From: a virus
Lineage: Duplodnaviria > Caudoviricetes
Virus record (IMG/VR): IMGVR_UViG_3300025645_000102
Span: 1-52,368 of that record
Direction: 5' to 3' (one strand)
DNA: 52,368 nucleotides
The notes beneath the pieces were generated by a model, which made no database searches, was not told the DNA's origin, and saw only the letters and a program-made list of their open reading frames with translations. The first letter of the stretch is position 1; each line of letters starts with the position of its first letter. A program made the translations under genes and the position numbers. This document shows, in pieces, positions 45,971 through 52,368 of this stretch.

Positions 45971-47914
45971 TTAAGCTGCTGCGAACTTAAGAGATACTAC
46001 ACCTTTACCATTACCAGTAGAAGCTACGATCAATGGCTCTAAGTTAAGTCTTTGAGTAGCAACAAATACTGTTCTATCTGTCTCAACATCAAAATCACTA
46101 CGTACTGTAACACCACGTTGACGTGGAACTACGAAGTTACTTGCATTACAGATAACTGCGTAAACAGAAGCATTTGCTCGTGCTGCAAACTCGTTAGATA
46201 CTAGAACTCGCATACCGTAGATATTGCCAACTTCACCAACTAATTTAGTTGCGTTATTCTGGCCAACTTGCTGTACATCAGCCCACTCTGAATCTTGAAT
46301 AAGATCCCAGTATGCGTCTTGAGATATAATAACATATAATTGATCAAGGTTGATACCATAAAGACCTAAGCCTCTACGTGCTGCTAAGATTTCTTTAGCA
46401 GTTACTAAAACAGTCTTATCTGCTTTGGCAAGAGTAGTAAAAGTTTGAGCTGCTACAGCATTTGCTTGAGTAGCTAGACCTTTAGGCTTACCATTACCGT
46501 CTCCGATTAAGAAAGCAGAGTCAATTGACTTGGCGTGTGCTTCAACAAGATGTGAACGTAAGATAGGAACTAGAGCGATAATTGTATCTTCTTCAGTTTC
46601 TTCAGTTAAGTAAACTTTAGCAGCTAACTTAAAAGTCTTAAGTGTGCGTTCAGTAAGAGCGATAGCTAGTTCAGCGCCGGTACGATCTGTATCAGCACCG
46701 TCAGCAAGTGCTGATGCTGCAACCCATGTTGCTGTCTGAATATCAGGATTTACTGGGATAGTCATTGAGGCAGAAGACATAGACATTTCTGCAAACAAAG
46801 GAGCAACTACTAGAGCAGCTTGGATGTCGCGTGCTAAGTTAGTTGAGAAAGTAGTTTCGTAACCGTCAGAACTAACTTCAAGGCTAGATTGATCGTTTAC
46901 GGCTTTGATACGGCTACCAAAATCTGTCTCAAACATACCAACTTTTTTGATTGCGCTAAGGAAAACTAGTTTATCAGCATCTTCGCCGTGTTGTTTCTCA
47001 GAGGTAGCTCCACGCATGCCTTTAGTAATAGTACTAAGACCAGGGTTGTTACGAGCTGCAACTACCTGAGCGATCTCTTCTTTAAGAGCAACGATCTGGT
47101 CGTGGTTGGTTTTAACCATTTCTGCAAAAGCAGCGTCTTTCTGTCCCATAGTGTTTTCTAGGTCAGCGATTAGAGACTTAGCAGCTTCTGTTGCACTAGA
47201 TTTGATTGCTAATTCTTTTTGAGCATTAGCGTCGGCTTCTTTTTGTGCTTTCTCTACTGCGGCTGTTTTAGCAGCTTCAGCTTCATTGAATGCTGCTTTT
47301 ACGCTAGCATTGATATCAGCTTGGCTGTCCAGCTTCATTTGAGCAGCCATTGCCTGCATTTCTTCAAGAGTCATTATTATTTCTTCCTTTTTATCGCCTT
47401 CTGGCGTTAAGTTAATTTTAAACTTCTCAAAGTCTTGAGAGTCCATACCTTTTGAAACCGAAAATACCGAGTCCTGGTTGCAGGGAACTGATACTACCGA
47501 AATTTCGTGTAATTCTACTGATTTAATAAAGTAAGTATCTGTAACATTATCATACTCTGCATCCAATATATTGAATCCAACGCTAAATGTTGTAAGTACT
47601 CCCTCTTTTATTAGATCGTAGATTGCTCCAGCACCTTTACTGATACTGGCTTTAATTTTTAATCCCATCTCTGTGACGCTCCAATCAACCATTTTGCCTA
47701 TTGGCTGTTTATGGTCGTGGTACGCTAAGATAATTGGATTTTTTAAATAGTTATTTAATGCTGATGGTGCTTCCCAAGCTGTGCTAGGGATAACGTCTCC
47801 AGCTCTGTCTTTAGTTACTGTGTTAGCAAAGCCTTCAATAACTAAAGTGTCTGAGGTTTCATCAATAGCTTTTACGCTATTGATCATTCCTAGTAATTTA
47901 GTGTTGTAGTTCAT
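45971..47914 (-). CDS. pb8: HK97-type prohead protease fused in frame to the T5-type major capsid protein; internal start at 47374
   Basis: aa 1-180: DRAGD, HDHKQPIG, FSVGF, EISVVSVPCN; from Met181: coiled-coil scaffold, KAVNDQSSLEVSS..YET.FS, KLAAK..LTEETEED. Confidence 0.9.
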   Translation of the reverse strand: MNYNTKLLGMINSVKAIDETSDTLVIEGFANTVTKDRAGDVIPSTAWEAPSALNNYLKNPIILAYHDHKQPIGKMVDWSVTEMGLKIKASISKGAGAIYDLIKEGVLTTFSVGFNILDAEYDNVTDTYFIKSVELHEISVVSVPCNQDSVFSVSKGMDSQDFEKFKINLTPEGDKKEEIIMTLEEMQAMAAQMKLDSQADINASVKAAFNEAEAAKTAAVEKAQKEADANAQKELAIKSSATEAAKSLIADLENTMGQKDAAFAEMVKTNHDQIVALKEEIAQVVAARNNPGLSTITKGMRGATSEKQHGEDADKLVFLSAIKKVGMFETDFGSRIKAVNDQSSLEVSSDGYETTFSTNLARDIQAALVVAPLFAEMSMSSASMTIPVNPDIQTATWVAASALADGADTDRTGAELAIALTERTLKTFKLAAKVYLTEETEEDTIIALVPILRSHLVEAHAKSIDSAFLIGDGNGKPKGLATQANAVAAQTFTTLAKADKTVLVTAKEILAARRGLGLYGINLDQLYVIISQDAYWDLIQDSEWADVQQVGQNNATKLVGEVGNIYGMRVLVSNEFAARANASVYAVICNASNFVVPRQRGVTVRSDFDVETDRTVFVATQRLNLEPLIVASTGNGKGVVSLKFAAA

Positions 47915-48156
47915 TTTTTCTCTGTCCTAACCGCAGTTTTAGTAACAGCTGATACCATAGGTTTTGTAACTGTAGGTGCTGCTTTACGTTTAGTACCACA
48001 AAACATAGTGTAGGCTTTTTCAAATTCTGCCCAATTTTTGTATTGTTTTATAATAACAGCCGTATTTGTAGGGCTAGCTACTGTAGCATTATATAAAAGT
48101 CTGCTAGGCGTGTCTTGTCCAAACACTTTATAAATCTTTTCGAATAAATCCATCAT
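47911..48156 (-). CDS. capsid decoration protein, pb10 N-terminal-domain-like, no Ig domain
   Basis: Between portal and protease; VFGQDTP....NATVA...WAEFEKAY resembles the T5 pb10 N-terminus as recalled. Confidence 0.55.
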   Translation of the reverse strand: MMDLFEKIYKVFGQDTPSRLLYNATVASPTNTAVIIKQYKNWAEFEKAYTMFCGTKRKAAPTVTKPMVSAVTKTAVRTEKK

Positions 48157-49346
48157 GTATCTTCTCCTGTGGGTTTTCCGCCCTCTTGTCCCGAAACTCC
48201 CGTAGCAGAACCCGCCACGTTTGCTGGGATTCTGATTTTAATCATATCCTCTTCGTCAATTGCAGGAAGTCTAAGCATAGCACGACCTTCATTTCCTGTT
48301 ATGATACCATTATTAACTAGAGCTGAAACTCTTTCGGCTTCCGCTTTTAAATCTGGTATCAAAGAGGGTACTCTATGCGTAGTAAGCTGAATATCGAAAG
48401 CAAAAAATAGCTCTAAAGCTGATTCAAACTTTCGTAACATAGGAAGTATATTAGTATAAAACAATAACTCCAAGTTAGGTTTAATATTAGCATTATTACC
48501 TGAGTTTAGTAAGATAGGTGGTACGCCTAAGGCATAACAAACTTTATCTTCTAGGCTAGTAACACTTTCGGAAAACGCCATTTCTCTGAAGTTAGAGCTG
48601 CCTGTAGTTTTAGCAGTTAAACCTCCGTCTAGAATTAGTGGCTTTCCGTGCCCTCGCTTAGGATTGTATTTAGTAATCCATTCACGTTCCTGTCGTTCTT
48701 TGAACTTTTTACTTAATATCTGGTCAGTCTCAATAATAAGCCCTATTGCAGCACCATTATCAAAGAATTTTTTCTGGAAATCAATCATAGCTTCTCTAGT
48801 CAATAAAGAACCCATAGCGCTGTTTAACCTAGAATCGCCTCTATAAACAGACCTAGTACTATTATCCTTAACAAATATTACCTGCTCTGGTTTATAGTCT
48901 ATTTGCCCATTATATATAAATTTATTTATATAACCTTTGCTGTCTGGAATTATCTCCATAGCACAAGCAGGTAGATGGTAGAATGACGTACCATCAAAAT
49001 GGATGAATGCGTTGCCGTCTATTAGAAAATCCATCAAGACTAATCTTCGAAAAGTGCTAACGTCCATATAGGGGTTTGGTCTAAAGTTTAATAACTTTGA
49101 TAATGTAACACCTCTAGTACTAGGGTATTTACCTGTGAAGGCTAAGATACTACCTACGTCGTAATCGACTAAGGCCGAATTGTCTACTAGCAAGTTTATA
49201 CATCTATTGACTACCTCAACTAATTCATAACTATTTTGAATTGTGTTTAGTTTGGTTTGAGTACTTGCTATATTTGAGCCTTCTTCCCTGGCAATGACTG
49301 CCTGGGCGGGATTTAGCTTCTCTTTTATTCCTTCCCATAGGGACAT
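48153..49346 (-). CDS. pb7: portal protein
   Basis: EKLNPAQ, LLNFRPNPYMD, DGNAFI, FFDNGA, ALGVPP.LL.SGNNANI.PN, GIITGNEGR. Confidence 0.93.
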   Translation of the reverse strand: MSLWEGIKEKLNPAQAVIAREEGSNIASTQTKLNTIQNSYELVEVVNRCINLLVDNSALVDYDVGSILAFTGKYPSTRGVTLSKLLNFRPNPYMDVSTFRRLVLMDFLIDGNAFIHFDGTSFYHLPACAMEIIPDSKGYINKFIYNGQIDYKPEQVIFVKDNSTRSVYRGDSRLNSAMGSLLTREAMIDFQKKFFDNGAAIGLIIETDQILSKKFKERQEREWITKYNPKRGHGKPLILDGGLTAKTTGSSNFREMAFSESVTSLEDKVCYALGVPPILLNSGNNANIKPNLELLFYTNILPMLRKFESALELFFAFDIQLTTHRVPSLIPDLKAEAERVSALVNNGIITGNEGRAMLRLPAIDEEDMIKIRIPANVAGSATGVSGQEGGKPTGEDT

Positions 49347-49356
49347 GTTTGGCTCC

Positions 49357-49827
49357 TTATATTAACCTAGAAAACCTGTCAGAATTATCAGGGTTAACTA
49401 TAAACTTAGAAAATCGACTAGTAGATTGAGAGTCAGCATCCTTGCCGTGTATTCTTCCATGAATCTTTTTCACCCAAACTTCTTGTTTACCTGCACTAGC
49501 TAGTGTAGGCTCTCTGCCGTAGATTCTATGTAGTTCTTTGTGATGTTTGTTGCAAAGGGTTACAGTATACTCTACCAAATCTACCCAGTTATCTGTATAA
49601 AACTGGTCTCTCATTGCTAATACCTCTTCGTCGGTACTGATAGATATATTGCGGTCTTTGCAGTAATTTTTTAATAAGATAGAAACTGTTGTGTAGTGGT
49701 GTAGTTCTAGGTCTTCCGTAGTACCACAACAAGCACATTTCGTATCTTTTTGATAGTTGGACTTAATCCCATCTCGAATATGCCGTGTGGCTGTTCGTTT
49801 ATTATCAGCTCCAGTGTTAGCTGCCAT
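49357..49827 (-). CDS. HNH nicking endonuclease
   Basis: CACCG...LELHH...TLCNKHH..LH; T5 position between TerL and portal. Confidence 0.82.
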   Translation of the reverse strand: MAANTGADNKRTATRHIRDGIKSNYQKDTKCACCGTTEDLELHHYTTVSILLKNYCKDRNISISTDEEVLAMRDQFYTDNWVDLVEYTVTLCNKHHKELHRIYGREPTLASAGKQEVWVKKIHGRIHGKDADSQSTSRFSKFIVNPDNSDRFSRLI

Positions 49828-49854
49828 TTACTTTCTCCATCTCGAATATACATT

Positions 49855-49883
49855 ATTATACTGTGTCACACTTCAAATGTAAA
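49855..49883 (-). promoter_or_regulatory. sigma70-type late promoter for the head operon
   Basis: Minus strand TTTACA (49883-49878), 17 nt, TATAAT (49860-49855); GGAG SD follows. Confidence 0.78.
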
Positions 49884-49904
49884 GCTGTGATTTTTATTTC
49901 AGCA

Positions 49905-51203
49905 CTATATAACATAACTATACAAAGCATAACGCAAAGCATCTCCTAGGTGAGAGAATTGATCGTGCTTAGGTTTCGGGTTGATTAATGAAGGGTTAGG
50001 GTCCCACCTGTAGTTAGCTAGCATAAGTATTACATTTATACAGCTTTCGTCTACGGTTACTTTGTCGTTCTCAAACAATCCTTGCACATAGCTAATTCCA
50101 TCTAGTACTGACTTGTTAGCTTTGTTCGACGGTAAGTCATACATTGCAGCTAAATCTTGTCTGAACTGAGCACTAGCAGGGTCACAAAATACTATATCTA
50201 CGTCCCAGTCGTCAAACGCCTCACTGAACGCAAACGCGTGTTGTTTAGTAGTTCTCTCGTTTTCTTGGTAATCCCACACGATATAAAAATGATCTGCTTC
50301 TGTATCGTAAACTATAACTAAAGCACCAGTATGATCCTTATAGCCAGGATCTATCCCCATTATGTTCTCGTACTTATATGAGTTCTCTTCCCAAGCCATG
50401 TCGCTTAGATCACGGGTGTGCTTCTCTTCATCAAAGCCTTCGTATATTTGTCCTTCGAACGTAGCAAAATCTGCTTCATACTCTTGCTTAAATTCCGCCT
50501 TACTCATTGAGTTCCGGGCGTCTATAATATCGTTACCTACGGTACGAGGGTTATCTCTATACGTTGAGTGAATCGATACCCAGTTTGGGTAGTTAGCGGA
50601 AAATCCTCGTTGGTAGAAGTCATAAAAGTAATTAAGACCACGAGGCGTTGAAATGAAGATACATTTACTGTTTGCTTTGTCCAGTGTTGGACGTAGCTGT
50701 ACGTTAAATACAGAAGCACCGTTGTTTTCTAATGCTGCTTCATCCACTAATATTAAGTCGTACGAGTGTCCAACTAAACTATCAGGGTTGTTGTAAGATC
50801 CAAACTTAATCATCGATCCGTTCTCTAGGTGAATCTCACGTATTGCTTTGTTTTTAGATTCGATTTCTATCTCGAAATCTTTTAGCATCAATACCTGCTC
50901 ATTCCAAGATATATTTGTCAATGAAAAGTTGGGTGATACGATTAGTATCTTTGCTTTAGGTTCTAAAGCTTTCAAGAATGCTAGCGTGTTCGAGATGTAG
51001 GTCTTGCCTGTTCGCCGCGATAAGCAAGCTACTACGAACCTATGCTGGGGATTATTTATTGCGTTAATCAAAGCGATCTGTGGCGCGATTGGCACAACTT
51101 CTCTCAAGGCTAGGAAGTTACCTACGGGTAGCTTTAAGAATCTCTCTTCAACTGGATATTCATCCAAAGTCTCGAAGTTAATATAATCTCTACTTACTTG
51201 CAT
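49905..51203 (-). CDS. terL: terminase large subunit
   Basis: SRRTGKT, LILVDEAA, ISTPRG, FKQEYEADF, GIDPG, CDPA, HLGDALRY. Confidence 0.95.
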   Translation of the reverse strand: MQVSRDYINFETLDEYPVEERFLKLPVGNFLALREVVPIAPQIALINAINNPQHRFVVACLSRRTGKTYISNTLAFLKALEPKAKILIVSPNFSLTNISWNEQVLMLKDFEIEIESKNKAIREIHLENGSMIKFGSYNNPDSLVGHSYDLILVDEAALENNGASVFNVQLRPTLDKANSKCIFISTPRGLNYFYDFYQRGFSANYPNWVSIHSTYRDNPRTVGNDIIDARNSMSKAEFKQEYEADFATFEGQIYEGFDEEKHTRDLSDMAWEENSYKYENIMGIDPGYKDHTGALVIVYDTEADHFYIVWDYQENERTTKQHAFAFSEAFDDWDVDIVFCDPASAQFRQDLAAMYDLPSNKANKSVLDGISYVQGLFENDKVTVDESCINVILMLANYRWDPNPSLINPKPKHDQFSHLGDALRYALYSYVI

Positions 51204-51660
51204 CTGTGCTAGCCCCTAGTATCCTATCTAGCAATGAGTTGTATTTATCTCCGCCATAGCTATTGTTCTGTTGGATCGCTATCAGAGGTGAGTCTTTCTT
51301 CTCTCCAGCTTCTAGCAATTTAAGTTGCATTGCCATTTGATCCATGTTGAACTTGTGCATCTTCTCCATAATCTCTATAATATCTTTACTAGAGCCTAGC
51401 CCAGTCTCATCCATTTCTTCTAGCTTTGATTGCAGTACGGCATCCCACACTGCTCCCATCTTGTCTCTGTTGCGGAAGCCGCTCTCATTGAAAAGTCTAT
51501 CAATGTAGTTGCAAACCTCTCGTTTGCTTAAATGTCTTGTTACTTCATCTAATGGTAGTCCTAGTACTTGGGCCGCTTTTGCAGAATCACTGCCATTTTC
51601 AAGGTAAGCATGTGCGATCTCAAGGCCTTCGGGGCTTATTAGTGTAATCTCTGTTGTCAT
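51190..51660 (-). CDS. terS: terminase small subunit
   Basis: ISPEGLEI..AYL..GSD, GFRNRD, KLEEM.ETG.GS.KDI; AGGAG SD before ATG 51660. Confidence 0.85.
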   Translation of the reverse strand: MTTEITLISPEGLEIAHAYLENGSDSAKAAQVLGLPLDEVTRHLSKREVCNYIDRLFNESGFRNRDKMGAVWDAVLQSKLEEMDETGLGSSKDIIEIMEKMHKFNMDQMAMQLKLLEAGEKKDSPLIAIQQNNSYGGDKYNSLLDRILGASTDASK

Positions 51661-51682
51661 AATGTTTCTCCTATATACTGAT

Positions 51683-51711
51683 ACTATACAGAAAAGTGCT
51701 AAGTTTGTCAA
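51683..51711 (-). promoter_or_regulatory. sigma70-type promoter for the terminase genes
   Basis: Minus strand TTGACA (51711-51706), 17 nt, TATAGT (51688-51683). Confidence 0.8.
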
Positions 51712-51758
51712 GGATTTTTGCTATCTTATGGGGTTGCTCGTGGTCTTGGTTAAATTGG

Positions 51759-51800
51759 GTAGACTTTCGTAGACCTTCGTAGACTTTCGTAAATCTTCGC
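51759..51800. repeat. 10-bp tandem repeat AGACYTTCGT x3 plus one degenerate copy
   Basis: agactttcgt agaccttcgt agactttcgt aaatcttcgc. Confidence 0.9.
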
Positions 51801-51802
51801 AT

Positions 51803-51890
51803 AACATCAGAACATCAGAACATCAGAACATCATAACATCAGAACATCAGAACATCAGAACATCAGAACATCAGAACATCAGAACATCAT
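51803..51890. repeat. 8-bp tandem repeat AACATCAG/T x11
   Basis: Counted directly; copies 4 and 11 end in T. Confidence 0.95.
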
Positions 51891-52066
51891 AACAATTCTG
51901 CTATGTCCAGTGTTGCGGCCACCGCACAAAGCGAAAGCTGCGCCCAAGAAAAGTTGGACGAAAATTCCCCATATCGGGTTTGGAAAGGGGTCTGGGCGTG
52001 TCATCAATATGGGGAGGTCTCGTAACCGCCCCCCCCCTATTGGTGCAACCGCTATAAACTTAGACC

Positions 52067-52366
52067 TTATATGCTTAAGGCCTTGGCAACCCTTCGGGCG
52101 GTTGTTAGTGCATCTAGGCTAAACAACTCTCGACCTAATGAATAGTTGCTTAGGGCTGCTCTCAAGCTGCTCTCTGCTGCTGCTGCATTGTCTACCTTAT
52201 AAAGCTCGATTGTAAGGTTGGTATTCATAGTGATATAAGCCCTCAAACGCTCATACCCGTTAGTAGTCATACCCACCTTTAAACACGTCTCAGCAGCACC
52301 TACAACGCCTGACCTGTTATCTAGGGCGTCAGTGATGTATATGTAGTTCTCACCTTTATAGAAGCA
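52067..52366 (-). CDS. partial GIY-YIG superfamily (T5orf172/MUG113-like) protein; 5' end outside the window
   Basis: Frame is open to the window edge: ...NYIYI...LKVGMTT..YERL..Y...E..L...L......ELF. Confidence 0.55.
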   Translation of the reverse strand, partial: CFYKGENYIYITDALDNRSGVVGAAETCLKVGMTTNGYERLRAYITMNTNLTIELYKVDNAAAAESSLRAALSNYSLGRELFSLDALTTARRVAKALSI

Positions 52367-52368
52367 TT

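Noticed and set aside
23259-51186. Many + strand ORFs within the late region (e.g. 37876-38532, 42285-42671, 44919-45359)
   Set aside because: Antisense shadows of well-supported - strand genes, with no SD or recognisable motifs
51759-51890. CRISPR or mini-array
   Set aside because: Repeats are 8-10 bp and head-to-tail with no spacers; no cas genes
51910-52122. 70-aa + strand ORF as an llp-like lipoprotein
   Set aside because: No signal peptide or lipobox, no SD; spans the GC-rich segment
1-52368. Stop-codon reassignment
   Set aside because: Genes are full length in the standard code and TAG serves as a true stop (2092, 42185, 45379, 49905)

Overview
A 52-kb piece of a T5-like siphophage genome (Demerecviridae-type gene order, divergent from T5 itself; the host cannot be read from the sequence). 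Positions 144-21625 on the + strand hold the early replication/recombination block: dNMP-kinase-like gene, obp, D2, D3, PC4-like gene, split NAD+ ligase, D5, D6 helicase, primase, family A polymerase, D10-D15 and dUTPase, driven by near-consensus sigma70 promoters. A bidirectional terminator at about 21640 separates this from the - strand late block: lateral fibre, central fibre, pb3, pb9, tape measure, chaperones, tail tube, completion proteins, capsid, portal, HNH nuclease, TerL and TerS. The window ends in short tandem-repeat arrays and a partial GIY-YIG-like gene, probably at a terminal-repeat junction. Most notable: (1) a promoter-driven, about 370-nt, hairpin-dense non-coding transcript upstream of an orphan gene and an obp that carries AEP primase-like motifs plus an SF2 helicase; (2) a prohead protease fused in frame to the major capsid protein with an internal start; (3) a tail-chaperone overlap needing a +1 frameshift at UUU_CGA; (4) a 1904-aa central fibre built from shuffled near-identical DNA modules, with no pb5/llp/collar gene in the window; (5) a 10-codon in-frame leader ORF abutting the helicase start. 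All calls come from reading motifs and synteny by eye; no searches were run.
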